This document shows, in pieces, positions 14,654-29,500 of a stretch of DNA of 64,000 bases (positions are counted from its first letter, which is position 1; each line of letters starts with the position of its first letter). Under the pieces are notes generated by a model. It searched no databases. It worked only from the letters and a program-made list of their open reading frames with translations, and was not told where the DNA came from. Location of the stretch: the NCBI GenBank assembly GCA_950097015.1, contig CATNEN010000039.1:16244001-16308000 (forward strand). Direction: 5' to 3'. The stretch comes from Macrostomum hystrix (taxonomy: Eukaryota; Animalia; Platyhelminthes). Position numbers and translations under genes: made by a program.

Positions 14654-15139
14654 TCCTTAGAATTGTAATTAAAGAGAGAAGCACCACAATGACTTAGGTA
14701 GGCCTAGCATTATTGGGATAAAGAATTTAATAAGAAGTTAGTCTTTGACACTAGCGAAAACTATAGGCCTAGCCTGTATTATAGGGACCTATGCATATTA
14801 AGTATTATAACTAAATGATATAACAGTACCACAAACTTTTTACAAACATTATTTAAGCCATATTAGTGAATTAAAGTTTAGCTACAAACTGACACAGCTC
14901 ATGTCATAGCCATAGGAACGGGATAGCTATACTGTGAAAACTATCAAAACTCAAAGTAGACAGGCCTTATGTGTTACACTTTAACTTTAAGTTTTAACAA
15001 AAGCAAGGTCAAACTTCCACAAAAAGTAAAAATCTAACTTCGTTGACACTTAAGGGCTATCTAATACCTAACCTAGATTTAAGCTAGGCCTAGCTTACCA
15101 GGACTGGCAAGACACAAGTAATTAAGAATGAAAAATAAC

Positions 15140-15786
15140 TAGGGTAATGTATCATCAACCAAACAAGAATGTGTATTTTTTTAACTTCAAACCTAAGCTA
15201 CAGATTTTCTATTTAAGATATGATGATAAATCAAAAGCCAAGTTATAGAAAACAGTTACATCTTTCTAAAAAGTATCTGCTTTTGCTATTTTGTCAAATA
15301 GAAAAAAAGTTATTCCTGCTTTTTATCTAAAAGCGAACAATGATTTTCATGTATCTTCAAACCAAACAGAGAATTTGATGTTTGGTTGTACAATTTGAGT
15401 GAGTGGTTTAATCTTATTTTAAGGAGTGAACTATAATGAATTATGTCATTTGAAAGCATTTTTCATGCTCTATAAATAACTACATTTATGGTCATTTAAT
15501 TGGCAAGCAACCACATACAATCTTTGTCTAAAGTCCATACTGAAAAAAAGTTGTTAAAAAGTATGCTTTTGCAATAAAAATTTCTACTGAAACATCAATA
15601 TCTTTCTTTTCTCTTAATGCTTCATTGCACATCATGCCTCAGCTTGTAGATAATTTCTTCAACTTTCAAATTAGTTGTTCTGTGAAACATAATAGCTTGT
15701 TTCTATCTTGCACAAGACCAAGGAAAGAGTCAAAATTCTTGTTCGGTTTTGAAGATACATTGTTCAGTTGATGATACATTACCCTA
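15140..15786. mobile_element. MITE with 20-bp terminal inverted repeats
   Basis: TAGGGTAATGTATCATCAAC ... GTTGATGATACATTACCCTA; the terminal TA may be the TSD. Additional subterminal inverted copies of TGTATCTTCAAACC. Confidence 0.75.
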
Positions 15787-18479
15787 CGCCTTAGCTAGGC
15801 CGTCACACATTAAGAAACTTAAATTAAAAAACACTGGTAGCAGCCAAACATAAAATATACAAGTGTCTAGAGTCTATGAATTTATTAGGTACAGGAAAAA
15901 AGATGAATATCGTGCAGTAGATCGTAGATGCATTTTGATTGATTGCCCAGTTACTGTCCGCTTGTAATTATAAATAAAAGTTGCCTTGTACGAATGCCAC
16001 AGAAATAAAGTATGGCCTAGCTAGGGTTTGTAAATTTTATATAATATACCAAAGTAGTTATAAGGCATCTTAACATTTAATAAACATGTTTTGGCTGCAC
16101 AAAGCTGAAAACGTTTGATGCAAAAAAAGTTTTTCTTTGTCGGAACAATTTAAAAGGGTGCGTTTTTAGTGCCGCTAAATGCAACGTTAAAACAAAAACT
16201 TTATTAGCAACCTAGCTACGGGGCATACAGTGATATCTACGCATGGGGCTGTTCAAACTCGGCGCCTTTTGTGATTTTAGAACCCCTCAACTTCTTCGAG
16301 TGCCTTTTTTCATTACTTGTTTTTTAGATGTTTGGATCCAGGCGGTGAACAACTACAAAGAGACGATGCCCAACAAAACGTAGTTAAAACCACAGAATTT
16401 ACTGATTAAAACACCATTGCTACAAAAAGCATCCCTTGAAAGACAAGAATTAAGTATATTATACACACGCAGTACAAATGTCTCTGCTTGCCTACAACAA
16501 GCCTTGCCTTGCACGGCAACATCAACAACTTTTTGGTTTCAAAGCTTTCCAATGCTTGGACGGGCGCCACGCGACCTGTTAGGCAAGTTTTATCAAAAGA
16601 ACAGGCCTTGTATATGTTTCCAATCAAAATCTGTCGCCATTTAAATCTGAAAAAAGTGAAATTTTCATTTAACACCATCTTTAGAGACATCAGCTGCACG
16701 CAGTTCACGTACGACGCGGAGCCGCGAGGTTCTGATGGCGCAGCTCCGGACCAGACACTGCAAGAAGACCGAATTAGAGCTGACTTAGGCTTCAATATAA
16801 GTCAGAGCTTTAGAGACGAGCGGACAGTGGAGCCGTTCCTGCAGCGGTGTCACCCGATCCGATGCTATAGCCAAGTTATTATCGGAACACACGAATCAAC
16901 AACAAAGCACGCTGTCTGGTCAGGGTGCGCTTCTGGCTCGGAAAGAGGCCACAGGTTTTCAGCTTAAAAATGTAAAACGTGTGGCTAGCTACAATTTTCG
17001 GTTGTGGCAGGCTGCAGCACACTGAGGTAGCATGGAATTACACCGAATTAATTCTTTGAACTCCCATTGGGACTTCATGTCCACCGTGATTACTTTTTAC
17101 TCGCGCTGATCTCCTCTTTAATTCCCTCAATCTTCCTCTGATGTCTAAATCCGCACGAAAGAGTGCAGAGGCCAAATTATTTGAAGACTTAACGTACAGC
17201 GGTGTTGTAATCTGACGAAGTAATGCTGATCAGTACTCTTATAAATACAATTATTGAACGCGGTTATAGAGAAAATTCCATTTTGAAGTGTTATATAACA
17301 GCTGAGAAATCTTCTAACTTTTACATGTCTATAACTCGAAAAAAGTATGAAAAAAACGAGGAACTTAACTATTGGTACAAAGTGAACAGGGAAACCACTG
17401 TGGCTCATGCATAGATTTTTAATGCCCATAGTACTAACAACGTAAAATGTCATAAGTTTTTGTGTGGGTGTGCATGGTATGGTGGCCTTTCCAGTCCATG
17501 GACTGGATAGCTGTACTTGTCCTGGACCAGGTGCAAATTCCATTTCTAAGGGTTTCTAAGGACAGGCCATCTTACACAATCTTAGACAATCTCATTAAGC
17601 TCTGTCCCAATTGCATTGAGTGCAATTGAGTTAAAGCGGCATTTCAATCAGACATTGTTGCATTATTTATTGCCCACTAGATCCCAGACAGCTTCGTTTG
17701 GGAATCGTGGCAGAATGCATGGGATTCAAGGCTCACATAAAGACGACAGCTGCTCTAGTAGGAGAGACAAGAAAAAAGGAAATGCCTAATAAAATAGGAG
17801 GGAGGGTGTCCTATAGAAACAGCTAGGACGGTACAGTAGTAGGCGATACTAGCTGGGGAGAAAAAAACTAGAAGAGAATTCTGTTCTCATGCAGCCAATC
17901 GCAGGAAAGGAAGTCCCATACCATCCCACCAACCCACCAGTCGCTGTGTTTTGGTGCAGAAAATATACGTAGCTCCTATGCTCATATCAGGCAGTGTTCT
18001 CATTTGACAACTGTTACCTCCAATACAGACTGTCCTTCATCTCAGTGTACCCTCTAGTATATAGTCGAGTCAATTGAGACTGACAGAGAAATAGAAATTT
18101 AGCATAAGTCTACCTTGACCTTGCATTGTTCTGCAATATTTATTACACTGTACAGAACTGCATTCTCGACACTGCTTCAAGCTTTTAACCTGTCAGTTTA
18201 AGTGAGTCCTTGACTGCTATTCATACTCTAAAGGCTTGCTATAATTGGTCTCCTAGAAGAAAACGATTGACAGCAGAAAAAGCACACAGGAAAAGTCTCT
18301 AGGCAAATTGACTTTAATCTTTGAACTGCTCCGGACGAGAGGTTCAACAGATATTTTTGCACGATGTCAACAGGTACGTGAATTGGCTTTTGCAATATTT
18401 TGAAGACATTACTGTATACTTTGCCATTAATTAGTCTGTTAATGAGTCAGTCAGTTTATGGTTGAGTTTATTCGTGAGT

Positions 18480-19310
18480 TTATGAGTGAGTTCGTGAGTA
18501 ATTTCATGGGCTCATGAGTGAGTTCAGGAGTGAGTTCAAGAGTGAGTTCATGTGTGAGTTCATGAGTGAGTTCATGATTGAGTTCATGATAGAGTTCATG
18601 ATTGAGTTCATGATTGAGTTCATGAGTGAGTTCATGATTGAGTTCATGAGTGAGTACATGAGTGAGTTCATGAGTGAGTTCATGAGTGAGTTCATGAGTG
18701 AGTTCGTGAGTAATTTCATGGGCTCATGAGTGAGTTCAGGAGTGAGTTCAAGAGTGAGTTCATGTGTGAGTTCATGAGTGAGTTCATGATTGAGTTCATG
18801 AGTGAGTTCATGATTGAGTTCATGAGTGAGTTCATGAGTGAGTTCATGAGTGAGTTCATGAGTGAGTTCATGAGTGAGTTCATGAGTGAGTTCATGATTG
18901 AGTTCATGATAGAGTTCATGATTGAGTTCATGATTGAGTTCATGAGTGAGTTCATGATTGAGTTCATGAGTGAGTACATGAGTGAGTTCATGAGTGAGTT
19001 CATGAGTGAGTTCATGAGTGAGTTCATGAGTGAGTTCATGAGTGAGTACATGAGTGAGTTCATGAGTGAATTCATGAGTGAGTTCATTATTGAGTTCAAG
19101 AGTGAGTTCATGAGTGAGTTCATGAGTGAGTTCATTATTGAGTTCAAGAGTGAGTTCATGAGAGAGTTAATGAGTGAGTTCATGAGTGAGTTCATGAGTG
19201 AGTTCATGAGTGAGTTCATGAGTGAGTTCATGAGTGAGTTCATGAGTGAGTTCATGAGTGAGTTCATGAGTGAGTTCATGAGTGAGTTCATTATTGAGTT
19301 CATGAGTGCA
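18480..19310. repeat. 12-bp minisatellite (GAGTTCATGAGT) with a 212-bp higher-order duplication
   Basis: Tandem units; the variant block AATTTCATGGGCTC recurs 212 bp apart. Confidence 0.95.
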
Positions 19311-20048
19311 TCAGTGAGTGAACGATGATTAAATGATTGTGATCCTCGTTTTAGAGTCACTTTATACAATAAACTAAACAATATTATTAGTAAAAAAACG
19401 AGAACTTGCGCCTTTTAGAATTCCGTTCAATGAGTCAGTCGTATACCCGCAAGTTTCAAGTCCCAATGCTAATCAAAAATGCGTTGAGGAATATATTTCA
19501 TTATCTCCATAAGCTTGGAAACATCAGTCAGTGCATAAACGCCAATTTTCTCTATATATAAATATATATGTCCATTCACTCAGCATTTTCTCGCTGTCTG
19601 ATCCGCGCGAATTCCTAACATGATTGAGTGGCCTTCATTATCCAGTGCTTTTTCTAAGTCAGTCTTCTTGCCTATAGTGCTGCTCTATCATTTCATCCGT
19701 GCGGTTGCCTAGCTTCGCGTCTTGCTGCATCAGCATGTGTCCTTGAGTCGTTTTTTCAGTTTGTTTCTTCAGCCAACTCTGCTGATGCGTTACCATGCGG
19801 TTAATGCATGACTAGTAGATTCATGATTATAACCCCTCATGCTATGGGTATCATTGACCCAAGATGTAGGATTTAGTTAGCATCAGTGACATTGGCACAA
19901 ACAGTTTTGCATTCACTAAACTAATTTGTTTCTACAAACGTGTTACCAGTCGTTAATTTTCCACTAAATAATTACATTGTTTTTTTCCACTTCATGCTAT
20001 AAAAGTACATTGAACTTTTTTTCAATAATTTATAGATCAGTTTAATCG

Positions 20049-22143
20049 ATTTGAGCACTCTCTGATCAACTTATGAATTTGAGCACTCTCTGATCAACTC
20101 ATGGATTTGAGCACTCTCTGATCAACTCATGAATTTGAGCACTCTCTGATCAACTCATGGATTTGAGCACTCTCTGATCAACTCATGAATTTGAGCACTC
20201 TCTGATCAACTCATGGATTTGAGCACTCTCTGATCAACTCATGAATTTGAGCACTCTCTGATCAACTCATGGATTTGAGCACTCTCTGATCAACTTATGA
20301 ATTTGAGCACTCTCTGATCAACTCATGGATTTGAGCACTCTCTGATCAACTCATGGATTTGAGCACTCTCTGATCAACTTATGAATTTGAGCACTCTCTG
20401 ATCAACTCATGGATTTGAGCACTCTCTGATCAACTCATGGATTTGAGCACTCTCTGATCAACTCATGGATTTGAGCACTCTCTGATCAACTCATGAATTT
20501 GAGCACTCTCTGATCAACTCATGAATTTGAGCACTCTCTGATCAACTTATGAATTTGAGCACTCTCTGATCAACTCATGGATTTGAGCACTCTCTGATCA
20601 ACTTATGAATTTGAGCACTCTCTGATCAACTCATGGATTTGAGCACTCTCTGATCAACTCATGGATTTGAGCACTCTCTGATCAACTCATGGATTTGACA
20701 CTCTCTGATCAACTCATGAATTTGAGCACTCTCTGATCAACTCATGAATTTGAGCAATCTCTGATCACCTCCTGGATTTGAGCACTCTCTGATCAACTTA
20801 TGAATTTGAGCAATCTCTGATCAACTTATGGATTTAAGCAATCTCTGATCAACTTATGAATTTGAGCAATCTCTGATCAACTTATGAATTTGAGCAATCT
20901 CTGATCAACTAATGAATTTGAGCACTCTCTGATCAACTTATGAATTTGAGCAATCTCTGATCAACTAATGAATTTGAGCACTCTCTGATCAACTTATGGA
21001 TTTAAGCAATCTCTGATCAACTTATGAATTTGAGCACTCTCTGATCAACTTATGGATTTAAGCAATCTCTGATCAACTCATGGATTTGAGCACTCTTTGA
21101 TCAACTTATGAATTTGAGCACTCTCTGATCAACTAATGAATTTGAGCAATCTCTGATCACCTCATGGATTTGAGCACTCTCTGATCAACTTATGAATTTG
21201 AGCAATCTCTGATCAACTCATGGATTTGAGCACTCTTTGATCAACTTATGAATTTGAGCACTCTCTGATCAACTAATGAATTTGAGCAATCTCTGATCAC
21301 CTCATGGATTTGAGCACTCTCTGATCAACTCATGGATTTGAGCCCTCTCTGATCAACTCATGGATTTGAGCACTCTCTGATCAACTCATGGATTTGAGCC
21401 CTCTCTGATCAACTCATGGATTTGAGCACTCTCTGATCAACTTATGAATTTGAGCAATCTCTGATCAACTCATGGATTTGAGCACTCTCTGATCAACTCA
21501 TGGATTTGAGCACTCTCTGATCAACTCATGAATTTGAGCACTCTCTGATCAACTCATGAATTTGAGCACTCTCTGATCAACTCATGGATTTGAGCACTCT
21601 CTGATCAACTCATGAATTTGAGCACTCTCTGATCAACTCATGGATTTGAGCACTCTCTGATCAACTCATGGATTTGAGCACTCTCTGATCAACTCATGGA
21701 TTTGAGCACTCTCTGATCAACTCATGAATTTGAGCACTCTCTGATCAACTCATGAATTTGAGCACTCTCTGATCAACTCATGGATTTGAGCACTCTCTGA
21801 TCAACTCATGAATTTGAGCACTCTCTGATCAACTCATGGATTTGAGCACTCTCTGATCAACTCATGAATTTGAGCACTCTCTGATCAACTCATGGATTTG
21901 AGCACTCTCTGATCAACTCATGGATTTGAGCACTCTCTGATCAACTCATGAATTTGAGCACTCTCTGATCAACTCATGGATTTGAGCACTCTCTGATCAA
22001 CTCATGAATTTGAGCACTCTCTGATCAACTCATGGATTTGAGCACTCTCTGATCAACTCATGGATTTGAGCACTCTCTGATCAACTCATGGATTTGAGCA
22101 CTCTCTGATCAAGTCATGAATTTGAGCACTCTCTGATCAACTC
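20049..22143. repeat. 28-bp minisatellite, about 75 copies
   Basis: Unit GAGCACTCTCTGATCAACTCATGGATTT; no spacers. Confidence 0.97.
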
Positions 22144-22617
22144 TCAGATACGCATTTTATTTGAGCAGAAGCAATCTTTTTCAACTCACGTGTTATTTGT
22201 CCTTTATCAAGCTTCTATATCCCGCAATAATTATTTATTAACACCTCGCTTATTTGGTGGCTAAAAACTGGTTCACACCTTCACTTTATCATCGTTTTGT
22301 CTGTAGCTTCGCAATAGGATTTTTGAACGAATTTAACTAGTAACATAAACGAATTATTACAAACTGTTTTATTATTGCTTGACGTAATTAAATGTAGACA
22401 AAAACGTAGATGCTTTTACAAGTAAATAATTCAACACTTCTCTGTCAAAACTGTTAAAGTGAGCACACCAACAAGTCTTCCATAAAATTAATCGTTAATG
22501 AAATTTTGTCAGAATCCGTTCGTAAAATACATATAGTAAAGGACTCACGAACTATAAACCTAAAAACTCATAAGCACCTAAACACGTGAAGCCGTAAACT
22601 CACGAACTCGTTCCCTC

Positions 22618-23420
22618 CTGAACTCATGAACTCATGAACTCATGAACTCATGAACTTATGAACTCATGAACTCATGAACTCATGAACTTATGAACTCATG
22701 AACTTATGAACTCATGAACTTATGAACTCATGAACTCATAAACTCATGAACTCATGAACTCATGAACTTATGAACTCATGAACTTATGAACTCATGAACT
22801 TATGAACTCATGAACTTATGAACTCATGAACTCATGAACTCATGAACTCATGAACTCATGAACTCATGAACTTATGAACTTATGAACTCATGAACTCATG
22901 AACTCATGAACTCATGAACTCATGAACTTATGAACTTATGAACTCATGAACTTATGAACTCATGAACTTATGAACTCATGAACTCATAAACTCATGAACT
23001 CATGAACTCATGAACTTATGAACTCATGAACTTATGAACTCATGAACTTATGAACTCATGAACTTATGAACTCATGAACTCATGAACTCATGAACTTATG
23101 AACTCATGAACTTATGAACTCATGAACTCATGAACTCATGAACTTATGAACTCATGAACTCATGAACTCATGAACTCATGAACTCATGAACTTATAAACT
23201 CATGAACTTATGAACTCATGAACTCATGAACTCATGAACTTATGAACTCATGAACTTATGAGCTCATGAACTTATGAACTCATGAACTTATGAACTCATG
23301 AACTTATGAACTTATGAGCTCATGAACTTATGAACTCATGAACTTATGAACTCATGAACTTATGAACTTATGAGCTCATGAACTTATGAACTCATGAACT
23401 CATGAACTTATGAGCTCATT
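22618..23420. repeat. 8-bp tandem repeat (GAACTCAT/GAACTTAT)
   Basis: Tandem units. Confidence 0.97.
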
Positions 23421-24064
23421 AACCCATTTACACATAAACTCATGAATTTACTAACTCAAAAAGCTACCATTAAAAATACAGCTGAGCTTGGAATAACTCT
23501 TCAATTACAATCGAAGTACAAAAACGAGCGAAAGTTAAAAAAATGATCGATATTTTTTTAAATAAACTATTAGCATCTCTAGACAGCTCACGGGAAACCT
23601 TTTCTTGGTGGCATTTTTCTAGCTCCAAATATGGTATTAACATTATATTAATGGCTTCCTTTAATGGCAACGGGTTATGAGCACACACACACACACACAC
23701 ACACACTGTGCAATGGTGCATAAAGACATGGTGCAAGAGAATGCCAATAATGCTACATGGCTTATCCGGTCGGGCGAGAAATTGAATTCTCTAAAAGGCT
23801 TAAAAACTGACTTCAACGGTTGAGCGATGCTTGCAATTTATTCACCCTCCCTCGGCTTGCATTTCTCTCCCAGATCCTCACAATGCTGATGCCTTCTGCT
23901 GCTGCTGATGCTGCTGCTGCTGCTGATGCTACTTATTGCCCTGTCCCGCTAAAATATATATTTACGTCTGCACACAAAGATATCGGTGGGATTTTAATTA
24001 ATTGTGTCAGAATCCTACTGTGAAACTGAAATGAAATTAATATTTTTCCTTAGTACTTCTACTA

Positions 24065-24410
24065 AGTGAGTTCATTCTACTAAGTGAGTGAGTTAGTGAG
24101 TTCATGAGTGAGTTAGTGAGTTCATGAGTGAGTTAGTGAGTTCATGAGTGAGTTCATGAGTGAGTTCATGAGTGAGTTCATGAGTGAGTTCATGAGTGAG
24201 TTCATGAGTGAGTTCATGAGTGAGTTCATGAGTGAGTTCATGAGTGAGTTCATGAGTGAGTTCATGAGTGAGTTCATGAGTGAGTTCATGAGTGAGTTCA
24301 TGAGTGAGTTCATGAGTGAGTTCATGAGTGAGTTCATGAGTGAGTTCATGAGTGAGTTCATGAGTGAGTTCATGAGTGAGTTCAAGAGTGAGTTCATGAG
24401 TGAGTTCAAG
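24065..24410. repeat. 12-bp minisatellite (GAGTTCATGAGT), second array
   Basis: Same unit as 18480-19310. Confidence 0.95.
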
Positions 24411-25129
24411 AGCAATCAATCGTCTTTGTAACAATTAACAGATCTTTGTATGGCTAGAAGACGTGGATAAATATCTTAGCATGCAACGCCGACAGTCAAC
24501 TACCCAATACTTATAAATGTAGGCAACTTCACCAACCCACCAACCCGCTGCCACTATAAATTTCAAGACATACGTGGATGCGAAGGAGTAGAAAAAATAT
24601 GAAATTATAGATCATGTTCAGCCCTCTATTTTTCTACAACACGCTGTCATACACATAGATTTATCGTATATTCAGTTGCACTTTAACGATCTTTGCAAAC
24701 AGAAAACAACAAGCCACGACTGAGACGACTTGAAGGCACTGTACATTTGGCTGTGCACTATACAGCCTCCATTGCCTAGATATTTTGCGAACGAAAAATA
24801 TATTTTTTTGAACGACACAAACTGCTATCACACAGAACCCCATCTCAATCTCTTGTCGATCAGTTCCGCGAGACGCCACTTACAACACTAATTAAATGTA
24901 GCACTTGGTTTATTTCCCTAGCGCAATCAATCATCCGGTTTCGTATACTGCCCGGTTCAATTTTCCCTAACTCTAGTGAAAGATTCAGTGAACAGCGAAG
25001 ATTTGAGAACACCGAGTGTGCTCTTGGCTGCCGTTGAGATGATCAGTTCCACTTTAGATAAAATCTAATTAGGATACGTGCAAAAATTACGAGCCTTTGA
25101 GTAAGGCTCACTCAAAGGCTCGGCGTTCT

Positions 25130-26243
25130 ACTCAATTCACAGTCTATGATTTGTTATCGCTAAATGCCCAGGTGTTCTCAATTCACAGTCCATGATTTGT
25201 TATCGCTAAATGCTCAGGTGTTCTCAATTCACAGTCCATGATTTGTTATCGCTAAATGCTCAGGTGTTCTCAATTCACAGTCCATGATTTGTTATCGCTA
25301 AATGCTCAGGTGTTCTCAATTCACAGTCCATGATTTGTTATCGCTAAATGCTCAGGTGTTCTCAATTCACAGTCCATGATTTGTTATCGCTAAATGCCCA
25401 GGTGTTCTCAATTCACAGTCCATGATTTGTTATCGCTAAATGCCCAGGTGTTCTCAATTCACAGTCCATGATTTGTTATCGCTAAATGCTCAGGTGTTCT
25501 CAATTCACAGTCTATGATTTGTTATCGCTAAATGCTCAGGTGTTCTCAATTCACAGTCCATGATTTGTTATCGCTAAATGCTCAGGTGTTCTCAATTCAC
25601 AGTCCATGATTTGTTATCGCTAAATGCTCAGGTGTTCTCAATTCACAGTCCATGATTTGTTATCACTAAATGCTCAGGTGTTCTCAATTCACAGTCCATG
25701 ATTTGTTATCGCTAAATGCCCAGGTGTTCTCAATTCACAGTCCATGATTTGTTATCGCTAAATGCTCAGGTGTTCTCAATTCACAGTCTATGATTTGTTA
25801 TCGCTAAATGCTCAGGTGTTCTCAATTCACAGTCCATGATTTGTTATCGCTAAATGCTCAGGTGTTCTCAATTCACAGTCCATGATTTGTTATCGTTAAA
25901 TGCCCAGGTGTTCTCAATTCACAGTCCATGATTTGTTATCGCTAAATGCTCAGGTGTTCTCAATTCACAGTCCATGATTTGTTATCACTAAATGCTCAGG
26001 TGTTCTCAATTCACAGTCCATGATTTGTTATCGCTAAATGCCCAGGTGTTCTCAATTCACAGTCCATGATTTGTTATCGCTAAATGCTCAGGTGTTCTCA
26101 ATTCACAGTCTATGATTTGTTATCGCTAAATGCTCAGGTGTTCTCAATTCACAGTCCATGATTTGTTATCGCTAAATGCTCAGGTGTTCTCAATTCACAG
26201 TCCATGATTTGTTATCGCTAAATGCTCAGGTGTTCTCAATTCA
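25130..26243. repeat. 46-bp minisatellite, about 24 copies
   Basis: Unit CTCAATTCACAGTCCATGATTTGTTATCGCTAAATGCTCAGGTGTT. Confidence 0.97.
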
Positions 26244-26586
26244 AATTGACGATCATTTATCAGAAGCGAATGAATAGAAGGTTATTCGTTCAGACCATGA
26301 TGTTCTACTGATAGACTCTCTACTTTTAGGTGTTTGTTCTAGACATGTACTTTGATGACAGCAATCATTGATCCAGAAATATTAATGCATTAAAGACTCG
26401 TAGATTTCTTTTGTTGCCAAACAGGCTTGAAGCAGTCCGGTGGTGATGCGTGAATGAAGCTGCTGCCGTGTAAACATAGATAACGCATTCCTTTTAGTGC
26501 CTATTCCGTTCCCATTTCTCATTTGCAAAGGTCGTTCAAGCTTTGAAAAGGCTCAACAGCATCGCCAGCAGCATCATAGTCGCGCA

Positions 26587-29500
26587 ATGAAGCTGCAGCA
26601 ACAGCACCAGCAGCCGCTGCCCGAGCGACCAGAGGACGAAGAGTATGACGATGAGATTGGTGAAAGGACTCAGAACTCACTGCAAGCCAATGGTTCACTT
26701 GAGCAACTGCAAGAAGGGCACCTGCAGTTGCACCACCTGCAGCATCAGCAGCTGTCGCCACCAGATCGTCAACTGGGCAGCGTGAAGCGACAAGCGCAGC
26801 AACACAATCAGCAGCATCAGCAGCAGCAGCAGCAGCTCATTCAGGAGCGCAGAAGATCTCAGGGCAGTGGCAGCTCGATGGACCGCATCGGTGGCGGAGC
26901 TGCGGGAACAGCTGGAGACAATCTCAGTCTAATAAGCGGGGGCAGTCTGGCCATGTACTACAGGAGCCCCGATGGACTTGGTGAGACTTTTCAATTTTCA
27001 AAGCAGTAAAATGTTTTTTTAGAGTGAATTTGCATCATGCTACTTATATAGCATACTAAAGTAGTATGGTTGGAATTGAAGAGACTGTAACGACATATAT
27101 TTCGACAAAAACTGGAAAGACAGACACAACTTACAACATGAACAGACAGACAGCCTGGACAGACAGACACCCCGAATACCCACTCACCAATAGATAGACT
27201 GACACATTGAAGAGATACACACTCATAGACTGACAGATACCATAGACAGACAGACACCCCGAAGAGACACAACCATAGACAGACAGACACCCTGAAGAGA
27301 CACAGCCATAGACAGACAGACACCCTGATGAGACACAACCATAGACAGACAGACATCCCGAAGAGACACACACCTATAGACACACAGATACCATAGACAG
27401 ACAGACACCCCGAAGAGACACACAGATACCATAGACAGACAGACACCCCGAAGAGACACACAGATACCATAGACCATAGACACACAGATACCATAGACAA
27501 ACAGACACCCCGAAGAGACACAACCATAGACAGACAGACACCCCGAAGAGACACAACCATAGACAGACAGACACCCCGAAGAGACACAACCATAGACAGA
27601 CAGACACCCTGATGAGACACAACCATAGACAGACAGACATCCCGAAGAGACACACACCTATAGACACACAGATACCATAGACAGACAGACACCCCGAAGA
27701 GACACACAGATACCATAGACAGACAGACACCCCGAAGAGACACACAGATACCATAGACCATAGACACACAGATACCATAGACAAACAGACACCCCGAAGA
27801 GACACAACCATAGACAGACAGACACCCCGAAGAGACACAACCATAGACAGACAGACACCCCGAAGAGACACAACCATAGACAGACAGACACCCTGATGAG
27901 ACACAACAATAGACACACAGACACCCCGAAGAGACACACACCTATAGACACACAGATACCATAGACAGACAGACACCCCGAAGAGACACACAGATACAAT
28001 AGACAGACAGATACCATAGACAGACAGATACCATAGACAGATACAATAGACAAACAGATACCATAGACAGACAGATACCATAGACAGACAGATACCATAG
28101 ACAGATACCATAGACAGACAGATACCATAGACAGACAGATACCATAGACAGACAGATACCATAGACAGACAGATACCATAGACAGATACCATAGACAGAC
28201 AGATACCATAGACAGACAGAAACCCTGAATAGAAACAACCATTGACAGACAGACACCCCGAAGAGACACACCCATTGACAGGCAGACTAAAATGAAAAAG
28301 AAGGAGACAGTGATATTTAGAAAAAAACAAGTTTAAACGGTCAAGCTAGGGTTGTTTTTGCTTTAAAAAAACAAATAATAAGTACAGGTGTTAAAAAATC
28401 GGACCTTTTAACCCGATTCAAAGAGATTGTTTTTACCAAACAGCTTAGCTAAGGAGCCTTAATGAAGTAACAATCTTTCGAATGAACTAAAGCAAATGAA
28501 ACTGATGATTTTTGAACGAGTTTGTTTTTCTCAAAGGAAAATATGTCAAAGCAGGTGATTATCCGTTTCATTCTAATGAGATGCCTAGGATGCCTAGATT
28601 AAAAAACAGGAGGTCAGCCGGATTCATTTTCTTCGAAGCGTTCCGATTGGTCCGGACAGCTTCAAGGTTGGCTCAGGCAGATGTACTAAAAGCGACAGTC
28701 CTGAGGAGGGGCTGCAGATGCGCAAATTAGTTTCCTTCTCTTCTCTCGCCGTAGTAGACTGTCGCTTGACTGTGAGAATCATGAAAGACTGTAGCGGATC
28801 CAGCGGAGTCGTCGTCGGCGACGTCGATATCGTCGGCGGTAGCGCTCCTGCTCGGACCAGCAGGCGCGGTGTTCTGGTCAGCCACAGGCGGGAGATATTT
28901 CGCATGGAGAGCGCGCTTAGCAACAACAGTTCGTGCGGATATTCGAATTCGTTGGACTATAGCAGCAGCGGCTGTGGCAACAACAGTTCGCTTGAGGAGC
29001 AGGCTGTGTTTAAAGGTTTTTTTAGAGAATATAATCATTCATCATTAATCTATTAATCAATAGTAAAATCCTATTAAGATTCTATCTAGCGGCAGAAATT
29101 TGACACAAGCTTGTCACATGAAAAACATTCGAAAAATAAACTCACATATCATTAGCAGACATTGGACACCATCGAATAGGGATTAATATCCTCTACGAAC
29201 CGGGATCAGGGATGGATAATCCTAAGCTAGGAAAAATCTGTCAAAATTGATTTTGAAAAAGAATTGCCGTTATTACCCCCCACAACTCAATTAAGGAAAT
29301 GGAATATGACCAGCTTGAAACTAAAATGTTGGATACGTTCAGTTGCAATTAGTGTGTCCTTGCAGACCGTTACAACAGAACTAGTATGGCTGTACTCTTC
29401 ACTCGCTCAGTTGTCTGATTCTAACTGATTCACTTTTTTTTACCTAGCCGTTGTTTATCCGTTAAATTTCAGACGAATCTCTGCCCTGTTTGGTAGTGTC

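Noticed and set aside
16400-17550. Short ORFs as a gene or transposase remnant
   Set aside because: No recognisable motif or consistent exon chain.
20049-26243. 28-bp and 46-bp arrays as CRISPR arrays
   Set aside because: Units are contiguous with no unique spacers, no cas genes are present, and the context is eukaryotic.
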